A stretch of 64,000 nt of DNA from an uncultured cyanobacterium (GTDB lineage Bacteria > Cyanobacteriota > Cyanobacteriia > Cyanobacteriales > Nostocaceae): contig OY970166.1 of NCBI GenBank assembly GCA_963706595.1, positions 3,552,001 to 3,616,000 on the forward strand, written 5' to 3'. Made by a program: the position numbers and the translations under genes. Numbering within the stretch: position 1 is the stretch's first letter; the number at the start of each line of letters is the position of its first letter. The notes under the pieces are model-generated. The model was not told the origin of the DNA. It worked only from the letters and a program-made list of their open reading frames with translations, and made no database searches. This document shows positions 1 through 10,662 of the stretch, one piece after another.

Positions 1-152
1 TCTCCAGCAGTGACATCAGTGAAAACTTCCTTATCCAAAAACTCTATAGAATCTCGTTCTAAATAAGTTAGCACTTCTGGTAAGAACAATTCTAGGAACT
101 CTACAAAAAAAGTTGTTAGCAGTTCCTTAAATAAGCGATCATGATTAATCAT
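1..152 (-). CDS. 5' part of an Rpn-like/DUF4351-associated PD-(D/E)XK family protein (runs off the window edge)
   Basis: Manual translation from ATG at 152: MINHDRLFKELLTTFFVEFLELFLPEVLTYLERDSIEFLDKEVFTDVTAG. The HDxLFK start is typical of this family. Confidence 0.8.
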   Translation of the reverse strand, partial: MINHDRLFKELLTTFFVEFLELFLPEVLTYLERDSIEFLDKEVFTDVTAG

Positions 153-192
153 AAACAGTAAGATAGTGTAAATAATAAAGTAGAAAATTTTT

Positions 193-338
193 GGGCGAAT
201 ATAATTCGCTACTACACAGGCGAAGTCCACCTCCGTGGACTAATGAAAAAGTGGGATTTTTAACCCGCGCAGGTGGTCACTGAGCTTGTCGAAGTGCGGG
301 TTTAGTTTGTATAGCCGCGACTTCTAGTCGCCAGGGCT
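193..338. repeat. Cluster of nested small palindromic dispersed repeats
   Basis: Hairpins GTCCAC-CTCC-GTGGAC and GCGACT-TCT-AGTCGC; the AACCCGC...GCGGGTT stem is interrupted by CACTGAGCTTGTCGAAGTG. Confidence 0.6.
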
Positions 339-391
339 GTAATAAATTAGACTTTTCAAACAACCTCTTAAAGACTCTAGGCTAACAAATA

Positions 392-480
392 GGACTTACG
401 CATAAATTACGGAATAACGAACCACAGAGACGCAGAGAACACAGAGGAATAAGGGTTTGAGAGAGTTTTTGCGTAAGTCC
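392..480. mobile_element. MITE with GGACTTACGCA terminal inverted repeats
   Basis: GGACTTACGCA...TGCGTAAGTCC flanked by the direct repeat TAACAAATA (383-391 and 481-489). Confidence 0.8.
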
Positions 481-520
481 TAACAAATAAGGGCTAAAGC
501 CCTTACTACGAACTTTGTAA

Positions 521-3436
521 TTACTTCGTTTCCATCCAATTATCACCGGCGCGGACATCTACCAGTAATGGGACACTCAAAGTTACAGCATTTTCCATAA
601 CTGACTTAATTTGTGGTTGCAATTCTTCCCACTCTTGGGGAGGAACTTCAAACACTAATTCATCGTGAACTTGTAATAACAAACGTGCGTCATATTTCTG
701 CAAAACTTCATGCATTTTAATCATCGCAATCTTGATAATATCAGCACTAGAACCTTGAATTGGCGCATTAGCCGCAGACCGTAATAATCCCGCATCTTCA
801 GGACCGATATTTTTTAATTTACTTAAGTCAATCTCTTCTGGGTTGCTGTTTTTTAATCTTCTTAAACTATCATTTCTAAAGTCAACATAACGCCGACGAC
901 CAAGAATAGTTTCCACATAACCTTGGGAAATTGCTTGTTTTTTTACGCCTTCCAAATATGCAAAAACCTGGGGATAACGTTCATTAAATCGCTTAATAAA
1001 CTCATTAGCAATACTTTTATCTATCCCAGTGGAACGGGAAAACCTCAGCGAACCCATACCATAAATCACACCAAAATTGATAGTTTTAGCTATCCGGCGT
1101 TCATCTGATGTAATATCTGATTTTTCAAACACTAAACGGGCTGTGACAGTATGAATATCTTCGTTTTGCTGATATGCTTGTAATAATATCGGCTCTTGAC
1201 TTAAATGAGCCAAAATTCGCAACTCTATTTGTGAGTAATCAGCCGCAGCCATTAAGTATCCTGATTTGGGTAAAAATGCTTTGCGAATTTGACGACTAAA
1301 TGCTGTACGAATGGGAATATTTTGTAAGTTGGGATTAGAGGATGATAACCTACCCGTGGCTGTTACTGTTTGATTAAAATTAGTATGAACTCTCTGAGTA
1401 TCTGGACGGACTAATGCTGGTAACGCATCTACATAAGTAGATTTTAACTTAGATAAAGTGCGGTACTCAATAATGGCATCAATAAACCCAGTTTCATCAA
1501 CTTCTTGGAGTTTTTCTAATGTCGCTGCATCTGTTGAGTAACCAGTTTTGATTTTGCGGGAATATTTGGTGCTTAATCCCAATTTCTCAAATAAGATGAC
1601 GCTCAATTGTTTGGGAGAACCCAAGTTAAATGTTTCTCCAGCAATTCCAATTACTGTTTCCTCCAACTTCGCTAAATCTATCTCTAATTGCTGCGATAAT
1701 TCGTGCAAATAATCTGAATTAATGGAAACACCTGTATATTCCATCTCCGCTAAAACTTCTTCTAGCGGTTGTTCTACTTCTAATAATAATTTGTGCAAAG
1801 CGGGAAAATTTTCTAGTTCCGCACTTAATTTCTGCACAAGTTGAAATGTGGCGTGAACTTGCAAACAGCAATAATATCCCACAGATGTGATACTGATGTC
1901 AGCAATGGTTTGACCTTTGGGAACTAAATCTTCATAACTTTTGAGAATTAAACCTAAGTAACGCAGTGATATATCATTCAGATTGTGGGGAGTATCTGGA
2001 TTGAGAACATAACTGGCTAACATCGTATCAAATACAATTCCCGCCAGTTTAATTCCTTGACAACGAAACACTAAGCGGTCAAATTTGCCATTTTGGAATG
2101 TTTTGGGATAATCAGCACTGGTGAGAATGGGACTGAGTTCTGCAAATACTACATCTTTGCTCAAATTTTCCCCAGTTTTATGCGCCAGAGGAATATAAGC
2201 TGATTCATCTGGTTTCGTTCCCCAACAGCAGCCAATTCCTACTAATGTCGCATCCCGTGGTTCTAAATCAGTGGTTTCCGTATCCCAAGCCACGGGGATG
2301 GCTGGGTTAGTGAATGTTTGTAGTATTTTTACTAATTCACTGAGTTTTTCGGGGGTGTTAATAATCCGTGGTTTAACTGGTGAATCTGCTTGCTGTGGTA
2401 ATGCGGCTGTGTCAGCAGCACTGAAAAACCAGAGATCATCATCTTGATCATTGCTGGAGGCTGCTGTGGAAGTCTCCGCAATTTCCCCCCCAAAACGTTG
2501 CTGAAGTTCGTCTATTTTGCCCAAGAAATGATTGAATTCTAGCTTTTCTAAAATAGGTTTGAGAACGTTGGTATCAAATCCTGTTAATTTGCAATTTTCT
2601 AAATTAATTTCTAAAGGAACATCTAAAACAATTTTTGCTAAATATTGCGATTTTTCCGCATCTTCTTTACCCGTGACTAATTTTTTCTGAATTGCGCCTT
2701 TAATTTCATCTAGGGCTGCATAAATTTCAGCCAGAGTACCGTAGGTAGTAAGTAATTGTACTGCGGTCTTTTCACCGATGCCTTTAACACCAGGTATATT
2801 ATCTGATTTGTCACCACACAGGGCTTTATAATCGACAATTTGCGTAGGTAATACACCTAATTTGGCTTTAACTTCTTCTGTACTAAATTCGGTGATGCTG
2901 TTTGTAGAGCGTTTGAGAGCATCTGGACTAAAATTTAAAACGGTGATTTTTTGCTCTGGGTCGATGAGTTGAAATAAATCTTTATCGCCTGATAAAATCT
3001 TGACTTTATACCCTGCTGCTGTGGCTTTTTGCGCTAAGGTTCCTAAGACATCATCGGCTTCATAACCTGGGGCTGTGAAAATCGGTATGTTAAAGGCTTC
3101 GAGCAATTCTTGGAGATTTTTACGATCAGGAACAAAGTCTTCTGGTGTTTCTCGACGACCAGCTTTATAAGAAGGGTCAGCTTCGTGGCGAAAAGTTGGT
3201 AAGCTTAAATCAAAGGCGATCGCCATTGCTTCTGGCTGTTCTGTAGCCATGACTTCTAGCAAACATTTGAGAAAGCCAAAACATACGCTGGTAGGAATAC
3301 CCATCTTAGTACGTAGTCCGCCATCTCGTCCTTTGGCGAAAGCAAAGTAAGAACGATAGGACAGGGAGTGTCCATCGACAAGGATGAAAGTGGGACGTGT
3401 AACGCTTACAGTATCGTTTGTTTGAGACATAACCAT
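521..3436 (-). CDS. polA: DNA polymerase I
   Basis: 5'-3' exonuclease (LVDG, EADD), 3'-5' exonuclease (DTETT) and PolA motifs (DYSQIELR, QVHDELVFE). Confidence 0.99.
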   Translation of the reverse strand: MVMSQTNDTVSVTRPTFILVDGHSLSYRSYFAFAKGRDGGLRTKMGIPTSVCFGFLKCLLEVMATEQPEAMAIAFDLSLPTFRHEADPSYKAGRRETPEDFVPDRKNLQELLEAFNIPIFTAPGYEADDVLGTLAQKATAAGYKVKILSGDKDLFQLIDPEQKITVLNFSPDALKRSTNSITEFSTEEVKAKLGVLPTQIVDYKALCGDKSDNIPGVKGIGEKTAVQLLTTYGTLAEIYAALDEIKGAIQKKLVTGKEDAEKSQYLAKIVLDVPLEINLENCKLTGFDTNVLKPILEKLEFNHFLGKIDELQQRFGGEIAETSTAASSNDQDDDLWFFSAADTAALPQQADSPVKPRIINTPEKLSELVKILQTFTNPAIPVAWDTETTDLEPRDATLVGIGCCWGTKPDESAYIPLAHKTGENLSKDVVFAELSPILTSADYPKTFQNGKFDRLVFRCQGIKLAGIVFDTMLASYVLNPDTPHNLNDISLRYLGLILKSYEDLVPKGQTIADISITSVGYYCCLQVHATFQLVQKLSAELENFPALHKLLLEVEQPLEEVLAEMEYTGVSINSDYLHELSQQLEIDLAKLEETVIGIAGETFNLGSPKQLSVILFEKLGLSTKYSRKIKTGYSTDAATLEKLQEVDETGFIDAIIEYRTLSKLKSTYVDALPALVRPDTQRVHTNFNQTVTATGRLSSSNPNLQNIPIRTAFSRQIRKAFLPKSGYLMAAADYSQIELRILAHLSQEPILLQAYQQNEDIHTVTARLVFEKSDITSDERRIAKTINFGVIYGMGSLRFSRSTGIDKSIANEFIKRFNERYPQVFAYLEGVKKQAISQGYVETILGRRRYVDFRNDSLRRLKNSNPEEIDLSKLKNIGPEDAGLLRSAANAPIQGSSADIIKIAMIKMHEVLQKYDARLLLQVHDELVFEVPPQEWEELQPQIKSVMENAVTLSVPLLVDVRAGDNWMETK

Positions 3437-3848
3437 ATTTTAGCCATTGCGTATCTAAGTTAGTTCCGAGACGCGAAAATCTTGATATCTCTAGATATCT
3501 CTAAGATAATTCTAAATTCCGTATAAATAGCATCGCATTTCCCAAATTAGTAATGTACTCTAGATAAACTAGAGTTTTAAGCAATTTGACCGTCTATTTC
3601 CCTTAAAATCAAAATTTTTCTGTCACAGTAGAAACCATATTTATGGTTTTACAACTAACTAACAGTATAAATACTCAAATTAAGTAAATTCTACAATATT
3701 TAGATTCTGAAAGACGTAATCACCACACGGATTTTATCATCAAATCTTTATACAAAATTGCGTATATTTCTCATGACTAAAAGTCAAATTTTAGAGTTAA
3801 AAATAGGTAAGTGATCATGCACCTACTCGTTTGGGAAAATCATCTTTT

Positions 3849-4568
3849 ATGACAACTAAATTACTCAATTCTCTCGCTGCTGCCACAACATTAGCAGGGA
3901 TGATGGTGACAGCAGGAGTTGCTAATGCAGCTTCACTAAGCTACAACAGGACTACAACTTTCGCTGTAACAGACATCAAAGATTTGCCTCTGAGCATTCA
4001 ACAGTTTGACTCTTCACTGGGTACACTTAATAGCGTCTATTTAGATTTCACCGGTGATTTGACTGGAAATGCCGGATTTGAAAATACTGGTAGTGGCGAG
4101 GCTATAATCACAGTGAAATTACGTGCTGAAATCGACCTAGCAAATGCTAATTTCGATTTAGCACCTCCCTTCCCAATTTTTCCAGAGAGTGATGAAACCT
4201 ACACAGTTACTGCCTTTGACGGCATAGTTGATTTTGGTGGTACTTCTGGAATGACTGTAGCTGGACTGACGGCTACAGGTTCTATACCTACCATAACCTT
4301 TACTGATGCCGCAGATTTAGCAGTATTCACTGGTACAGGCTACTTAGACTTTTTATTCTCAGCTATAGCTGAATCAGGTGTGACTGGATCAGGCAACATG
4401 GCATCTTTTGTGACTACCTTAGCTAAAGCAAATCTCACAGTCACATATAACTATGATGATTTGCAGACTGTTCCTGAACCCTCTGCTCTTCTAGGAATTG
4501 GTTTATTTGCCGGCATTGGTGTGTTGTCACAACGCAAACAAAGCTGGTTTAAGATTTCCCATTGCTAG
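3849..4568 (+). CDS. PEP-CTERM sorting-domain surface protein
   Basis: Signal peptide; C-terminal VPEPS + hydrophobic helix + RK tail. Start placed at the ATG at 3849. Confidence 0.9.
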   Translation: MTTKLLNSLAAATTLAGMMVTAGVANAASLSYNRTTTFAVTDIKDLPLSIQQFDSSLGTLNSVYLDFTGDLTGNAGFENTGSGEAIITVKLRAEIDLANANFDLAPPFPIFPESDETYTVTAFDGIVDFGGTSGMTVAGLTATGSIPTITFTDAADLAVFTGTGYLDFLFSAIAESGVTGSGNMASFVTTLAKANLTVTYNYDDLQTVPEPSALLGIGLFAGIGVLSQRKQSWFKISHC

Positions 4569-4839
4569 ACTTTGATTAGTCGCTGTCGGTGCTAAAGAGA
4601 CTGAAAACGCTGAGGGTAAATCTATAAGACCTGGAGTAATTCAGGCCAAACTCAGTAAATTAAAAATCGTGTGAGCAATAGTCATGCGAGGTTCAAGAAT
4701 AGTGTTTAACTAATTGAGAGTTGGTATTTTTTGGTATTGTCGCAAGTCATACTTGCATAAGTATAGCTTTTCAGCAGTTGCGTGTTTGTCGATTGAGCTA
4801 ATCAAATAGCTGCTGCTGTTTAATTTTTAAATTAATTCT

Positions 4840-4873
4840 AAAAAAACCGATTTTGAGCAAAATCGGTTTTTTT
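4840..4873. terminator. Bidirectional intrinsic terminator
   Basis: A-run, CCGATTTT-GAGC-AAAATCGG hairpin, T-run. Confidence 0.7.
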
Positions 4874-5020
4874 GTATCAAATTCGACACAGAGAAAGGAT
4901 TAAAGCTTGTAACTACACCACAACAAGCAAGAAATTTGGAATTTCTCCAAATTTGCTTCCTAGAGCTTACTAATAGACCTCAATAAACTAGACATTAATA
5001 TACATATGTGTACAAATTCT

Positions 5021-5173
5021 CTACATTTTCTCTCTAGCCAGCCTCTCTATAACATCACTAAGGCTAGTAGCCTTCATCGCAACTCGCTGGACTTCTAGCC
5101 AAGCTATTGCTGTAGGAGTGAGTGTCATTGTAAATTTCCTCTTTTTCTCGTCGTAAATTTTCTGGCGTGACAT
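5021..5173 (-). CDS. 50-aa ribbon-helix-helix/CopG-like protein (not in the ORF track)
   Basis: AAGGAG RBS, then MSRQKIYDEKKRKFTMTLTPTAIAWLEVQRVAMKATSLSDVIERLAREKM*; alternating beta-strand, helix, SLSDVIE helix. Confidence 0.75.
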   Translation of the reverse strand: MSRQKIYDEKKRKFTMTLTPTAIAWLEVQRVAMKATSLSDVIERLAREKM

Positions 5174-5233
5174 ACTTGATCTCCTTTATTAATACGTGTA
5201 CAATATGAGTATAACAGTAATTGAGGTCGAACA

Positions 5234-6385
5234 ATGCTGCTATCCAGGAAAACTCAGCTAAATCTTACAGATGCCCAAAAGCAATTAATGAGTAAACACG
5301 CTGGTATATCCAGGTTTACCTACAATTGGGGTTTAGCTACCTGGACAGCATTGTATAAAGATGGCTTTAAACCCAATCACTTCATTTTGAAAAAGTTCTT
5401 TAATAACGAGGTAAAGACAGCACTACCCTGGATTAAAGAAAAAGGTATTTGTCAAAAAATTACTCAATATGCTTTTGACAATCTTGGCAAAGCATTTAAA
5501 AACTTTTTTGAGAAAAGAGGTGATTACCCAAGATTCAAGAAGAAAAATGTCAACGATAGTTTTACTATAGATGCAAGCGGTAAACCTATTCCTGTAGGCG
5601 GTAAATCAATAAAACTATCTACGATTGGCTGGGTAAAAACTTATGAATGTCTGCCACACACTACTTGCAAATCAATAACTATTAGTAAGCGTGCTGGTGA
5701 TTGGTACATAGCTTTTACTTATGATGTAGTTACAGAGTCAAATGTCAAATCCTACCCATCTGTAGGTGTTGACTTGGGAATCAAAACCCTAGCTACACTG
5801 TCTACTGGCGTTGTAATTGAAAACCCAAAGGCTTACAGAAAAGCTAAAAAGTTATTAGCAAGACGGCAAAGAAAAATACAACGCAAACAGAAAGCATCTA
5901 ACAGGTATAGAAAGCAGAAAAACTTAATTGCCAAAACTCACAAACGTGTATCTGATATCAGGTTAGACAATACCCACAAAGCTACAACACATATTTGCAA
6001 AAACCACGCAGTTGTAGCTATTGAAAATTTAAATGTTAAAGGTATGTTGTCTAATCACAAATTAGCTGGTGCTGTTTCCGATGCTAGTTTTTATGAGTTT
6101 AGAAGACAGCTAGAATATAAATGCACTAAGTTTGGATCTAAGTTAGTAGTTGTTGACCGTTGGTATCCATCCAGCAAAACTTGCTCTAATTGTGGACACA
6201 AACAAGAAATGCCTTTAAAAGAAAGGACATTTAACTGTGGTAATTGTGGACATAGCTTAGATCGTGATTTAAACGCGGCGATCAACTTAAATAATTACGC
6301 AAGAAACACGGAGGGCTTACCCGTGTCTGAACGTGGAGGGTTAATTGCGCCGACGCTACCCTGTGAAACGTTAAATAATGTCTAG
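5234..6385 (+). CDS. tnpB: RNA-guided endonuclease TnpB
   Basis: RuvC motifs GVDLG, AIENL and DRDLNAA; zinc ribbon CSNC/CGNC. Confidence 0.95.
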   Translation: MLLSRKTQLNLTDAQKQLMSKHAGISRFTYNWGLATWTALYKDGFKPNHFILKKFFNNEVKTALPWIKEKGICQKITQYAFDNLGKAFKNFFEKRGDYPRFKKKNVNDSFTIDASGKPIPVGGKSIKLSTIGWVKTYECLPHTTCKSITISKRAGDWYIAFTYDVVTESNVKSYPSVGVDLGIKTLATLSTGVVIENPKAYRKAKKLLARRQRKIQRKQKASNRYRKQKNLIAKTHKRVSDIRLDNTHKATTHICKNHAVVAIENLNVKGMLSNHKLAGAVSDASFYEFRRQLEYKCTKFGSKLVVVDRWYPSSKTCSNCGHKQEMPLKERTFNCGNCGHSLDRDLNAAINLNNYARNTEGLPVSERGGLIAPTLPCETLNNV

Positions 6386-6449
6386 ACAAGTCTAGGTTTT
6401 ATATAGCAGACTGCTAACCTCGTACTGGGAGTTAAAACCTGGGGAATTT

Positions 6450-7307
6450 ATGCAAAAAGCATCTGCGGCTGATTTGGCTATGGTGGCACATAATATTAAA
6501 TTATTGGTTCTGGATATAGATGGCACTATTTCTGGAGAGTCTAACACTGTGAGCGAACCTGTCAAGCAGGCGATCGCCGCAGTACAAGCTAAAGGAATTC
6601 AGGTGGCGATCGCAACTGGTCGGATGTATTGTTCCGCTTTACGCTTCCACCAAGAACTTAACTCTGTACTACCATTATCAGCTTATCAAGGCGCTTGGAT
6701 TCAAGACCCAGCTAATCAGAAAATTCATCGCCATTGGGCTGTTCCCACGGATATGGCGCACCAACTACTAGATTACTTTGAACAGCCGCATCTGCGATCG
6801 CTCTTATCTGTCCACTTCTATATCAATGATCAGCTTTACGTGCGGGATTTGAGCCAAGAAAGTCGAATTTATGCCGAACGTTCTGGTATTACTCCGATTC
6901 CTGTGGGCGATTTGCGCCAAGTCCTCACCAATGAACCCACTAAAATATTAGCTTTGTGCGACGATACGGAAGTGATCAACGAGCTATTGGGGGACTTGCG
7001 CCGCCAATACACACCTGCTGAACTGTATTTGACAACATCTGTGGCGACCTTTTTTGAAGCCACTAATCCCTTAGTTAATAAGGGAACTGCTGTGCGCTAC
7101 ATTGCCGAAGAACTGCTAGGCTTAGAAAGCAGCAATGTGATGACTATTGGTGATAACTTTAATGATTTGGAAATGCTGCAATATGCTGGTATTGGTGTAG
7201 CGATGGGTAATGCTCCAGCAGGTGTGCAGGCGATCGCGCAATGGGTAGCTCCTCATGTAGAAAAAGATGGAGTTGCAACTGCTGTTGAAAAGTTTTTACT
7301 TTCCTAA
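6450..7307 (+). CDS. Cof-type HAD-IIB hydrolase
   Basis: Motifs DIDGT, ATGR, NKG and GDNFND. Confidence 0.93.
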   Translation: MQKASAADLAMVAHNIKLLVLDIDGTISGESNTVSEPVKQAIAAVQAKGIQVAIATGRMYCSALRFHQELNSVLPLSAYQGAWIQDPANQKIHRHWAVPTDMAHQLLDYFEQPHLRSLLSVHFYINDQLYVRDLSQESRIYAERSGITPIPVGDLRQVLTNEPTKILALCDDTEVINELLGDLRRQYTPAELYLTTSVATFFEATNPLVNKGTAVRYIAEELLGLESSNVMTIGDNFNDLEMLQYAGIGVAMGNAPAGVQAIAQWVAPHVEKDGVATAVEKFLLS

Positions 7308-7345
7308 GATATTCTTTCTATCTACCATGACCAAATAAATGAAAT

Positions 7346-7413
7346 CAGAAAAGACACCGACGACTGGCCGTGTTTCGTCTCGGTGCCTTCGCTGGTTCGC
7401 TCCTCACACAACT
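7346..7413 (-). ncRNA. yfr2: Yfr2-family small RNA
   Basis: Minus strand reads AGUUGUGUGAGGAGCG..., then a hairpin with a GAAACACGG loop (GCACCGAGAC...GUCGUCGGUGUC) and a U-tract. A TATATT -10 box lies just upstream. Confidence 0.85.
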
Positions 7414-7647
7414 GATAATATAGCCGAGGTGATGAAATGAGTCAATACTTACGAGAAAAGTTTTGATTTTTTGCGTCTGAGATCCTATTGGCTGATGGTA
7501 TGTTCATTCAGCACAAAATTGCGTAGACATTCATTCTCCTTTGCATGGTCAAGTAGAGTATGTTGTCAATTTCGCGATGCTCAATTTTGCTCGTTGGTCA
7601 ATTCGTCACTCACGCGTATTCATCTCATCACACCCCTATCGGGTAGG

Positions 7648-7945
7648 CTACAGTGTACACACAAGTCGAAAAATATTACCTGCACTCATTTTCTTTTGGT
7701 AGGGTGCGTTATGGACTTTAGTCCTAACGCACCGAAAATCTGGGATGGTGCGTTAGCCTTCGGCATAACACACCACTACTGGACTGACACGCTTTAAATG
7801 AGGCATTAGCCAAAGTCTATATCATCCGCGTTTATCGGCGTTTATCGGCGTTTTTGACCTCTAAACTAATGCACTATTTTAAGCTTGCCACGCCACTACT
7901 TTTAAAGGATTTGGGGTGACGCAATCACTTGTGTGTACACCGTAG
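7648..7945. mobile_element. Composite MITE with CTAC(A/G)GTGTACACACAAGT TIRs carrying a nested IS630-type MITE (7777-7898)
   Basis: TIRs at both ends; perfect 10-bp target duplication ATCGGGTAGG (7638-7647 and 7946-7955). The inner element's ends match the IS630 TIRs at 20944/22192. Confidence 0.88.
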
Positions 7946-8042
7946 ATCGGGTAGGTGAGAGGCTTCTACTGTTTAAGCTAAATTTATTCAGATTTGCCAA
8001 ATTTTTTTCAAGACACGTAATGCGAGAAAAAATGTATCCTGG

Positions 8043-8897
8043 CTATAACTCCAGAGGCGCAACAGCACCCAGTTTGTCTACCAGTAAACACCTCAACACA
8101 GACTGAGTAGCTATGATTAATCCCAGTCTGGCTTGGGCTAATTCTAGGGCAGAAATTTTTACCTTTCCCCAAATACGGCACTGGCTCCAAAAAATCTCAA
8201 AAGTTTGACTTAAATCCAGCCCTAATTTTTCCCAGTTCGCCGCACTACACAAATCAGGACATTCTAAATAGTCTATCACTTGTACTAACTCAGAAATTAG
8301 ACGACCCTCGGCTGTGTGACTGAGGCGGAGTTTTTGATGGTCGTTCAGCCAAGATATTTGCTCTGTTGAAACCAAATTACGTAAAGCAGAGTTTTCGCCT
8401 ATATCAGGTATTGGTTCTCGAAGTTTAATCAATCCTTCTCGGTGAGCTAGCAGTGCCAATGAGTAACAGCGCGCATGAGCATATTGAATAGCAAACAAGC
8501 GAGACGGATTGTGGATGGTAATTTTGCTGGTTCCCATTTCCCCATCTCCCCCTATATTCGTAACTACGAGGCTTTGCAACCAAGTAGCTAAAAATAGATG
8601 AGTTAATTCTAAATAAATCAACCCTGGGGGAACTATTTGCACACTAAAAACGTCGCCACGAATTGCTGATAAGTGAGAGCCGATACCACTGGCTATCTCC
8701 ATAGTTGTTTGATTATGAGATTTAGCTAACCGTAAGGCTACACCTGAAATATATAAAACTCGACTATTGTCTCTACCTTTATATAGAGGAAATTCGCTAG
8801 TTTCTATGCTGATCAATTCACCATTAAAAGTATAAAAACTTAAATTCGCAGGCAAATAAGCATTTAATAAGTTCTTAACTGCTATATATTTGCCCAC
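8043..8897 (-). CDS. DALR anticodon-binding-domain protein (ArgRS-like, no catalytic core)
   Basis: IQYAHAR, ARLGLI and LGAVAPLEL resemble the ArgRS C-terminal domain. Confidence 0.8.
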   Translation of the reverse strand: MGKYIAVKNLLNAYLPANLSFYTFNGELISIETSEFPLYKGRDNSRVLYISGVALRLAKSHNQTTMEIASGIGSHLSAIRGDVFSVQIVPPGLIYLELTHLFLATWLQSLVVTNIGGDGEMGTSKITIHNPSRLFAIQYAHARCYSLALLAHREGLIKLREPIPDIGENSALRNLVSTEQISWLNDHQKLRLSHTAEGRLISELVQVIDYLECPDLCSAANWEKLGLDLSQTFEIFWSQCRIWGKVKISALELAQARLGLIIATQSVLRCLLVDKLGAVAPLEL

Positions 8898-9230
8898 CAG
8901 TAGCCTTTAGTATCCGTACACATATACTCACGAGGTAACTTTTACTTAGTTGTATATTTTTGTCAGCTATCTTAAGATATAAATCTAAACTTCATGAAGA
9001 AATATGAGAGTAGCATAAAATTTGATGAATATTCGATGAATAGTAAGTAAACTTTACTACCATCGTTGTACAGTAGGAAGTATAACAAAAGAGTAGAGTG
9101 CAAATTAACTGCTTTTCTACTCTTTGGATGGCTGGCGCTGTTAGGCGTTAAGCCTACCCTGCCAACACAAAGACACTCCTTGCACCTTTTTATTACGTCT
9201 TTGTCTTCAGCCGAACGCTCTTTGTTACCT

Positions 9231-9950
9231 ATGCAATCTCCATCTTCTTTTTCTGAGGCATCACGGCCTTTTCTAACTTGGCAACGGATTCTTGACTGGG
9301 CTCAAGAACACTATCGCTGCCGCACCTTTAGCAAAGATGAGCGCATTCCAGCCAGACCTGGATTGCTGTACTTGGTCCAAAGGGGTGCAATCCGCATGGT
9401 AGGAACCGCACAAGTTAGTGCTACTGCCAGTCAACTAACGTCTCGACGAATTAACAGAACTCCAGAAGAAGCATTCTTGGGTTTTGTCGGTGCGGGACAA
9501 CCGTTTGAAATTGTTGCTCAGTCACCATTCACGCTCCAAGCATACGCCCACGTTGACCAAACTGCGGTGCTGTGGATGTACTGGCACGACTTAGACAACT
9601 GGCCTCACTTCCGACGTGAAGTAATGGATGCCTTTAGGTATCAGCACCAGCGTAAATTACTGTGGCTGAGTGCCTTGGGACAACGGCGCACAATTGACCG
9701 ACTTTTAGGATTTCTCACACTGTTGATTGAGGAATATGGAGAACCTTCCATGAGCGAAACTGACCCCGATGTGATTCGTGGCTATGCTCTGCCCTTCCCC
9801 TTGACTCATGCCCAAATTGGTAGCGCTATCGGTTCAACTCGTGTGACGGTGACTCGCTTGATGGGCAAGTTGCGTCAGCGCGGCTTAATTCTGACTCAAG
9901 GAGACAATCTTATTTGCTTGCCGGCAGATTCGATTAATCGAGTCAACTAA
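9231..9950 (+). CDS. devH: CRP/FNR-family transcription factor DevH
   Basis: 239 aa from MQSPSSFSEASRPF; NtcA-like HTH LTHAQIGSAIGSTRVTVTRL. Confidence 0.88.
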   Translation: MQSPSSFSEASRPFLTWQRILDWAQEHYRCRTFSKDERIPARPGLLYLVQRGAIRMVGTAQVSATASQLTSRRINRTPEEAFLGFVGAGQPFEIVAQSPFTLQAYAHVDQTAVLWMYWHDLDNWPHFRREVMDAFRYQHQRKLLWLSALGQRRTIDRLLGFLTLLIEEYGEPSMSETDPDVIRGYALPFPLTHAQIGSAIGSTRVTVTRLMGKLRQRGLILTQGDNLICLPADSINRVN

Positions 9951-10662
9951 AACGCAGTTCAAAGCTGATGACAAAAAGCCACAGTAAGTTAGAGTCAGCA
10001 ACACCTACTTGCTGCTTGGCTGAACCAATCTGTTTGACCACCACAAACAGATGGCGCTGAATTGGGTAACGTAATTGATGCAAAAATCTCAATGCTCAAT
10101 TTGTTCCTTTTACCAAAACATTTAAAAGGGAGAATAAATGTTTTGGTAATGAGGAGTCTATGGCCCTTGCGTCCGCCCCAACGGCAAGGGCTAATAGCAT
10201 ATTCTGGCAGCTTTTATGGAGTAAAAGCCGATGAGATGTTACCCGAACTATCAGTGAGTTTTGATCTGAAAATAATGGGGCGCTGGTTTTGGCTGATTAT
10301 GGCACTGGTTCAAAGTCATAGCCAGTACTTGAGCGGTTACCAGGAACTATTTTTACCAACTGTACAGGGGCATTGCGATCGCCTGATGGTAAAAATCTAA
10401 TTGCACCAGAAGCGCCCATAGCAGAGAAATTAGATGCGGAGAGTGCTTGTTTTACCCCCAAACGCGTCGGATTTTGTTCTAAGGCGGCAATGAGGGCAAC
10501 AGTGGCATCATAAGCCATAGCAGTGCGCCAACTGACATCACCACCCCACAACTGCCGAGACTTTTGGGGAAATTCTGAATTGCGTTCGCCTTCAATATGC
10601 CAGGGAACTGCTACTACCATCCCAGATGCTTGTTCTCCACCAACTTCTAAAGTTTTGACGGT

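Larger units (their letters stand above)
4964..6409 (+). mobile_element. Non-autonomous tnpB element with IS607-like ends (boundaries approximate)
   Basis: Contains tnpB; AAACTAGACATTA near the left end mirrors TAATGTCTAGACAAGTCTAGGTTTTATATAGCAG at the right end; no transposase gene. Confidence 0.65.

Noticed and set aside
7471..7797. 108-aa ORF
   Set aside because: It runs through MITE sequence from a TTG start and shows no protein features.
9066..9230. N-terminal extension of devH in the ORF track
   Set aside because: It begins at a TTG and does not look like protein; the ATG at 9231 gives the expected CRP-family length.
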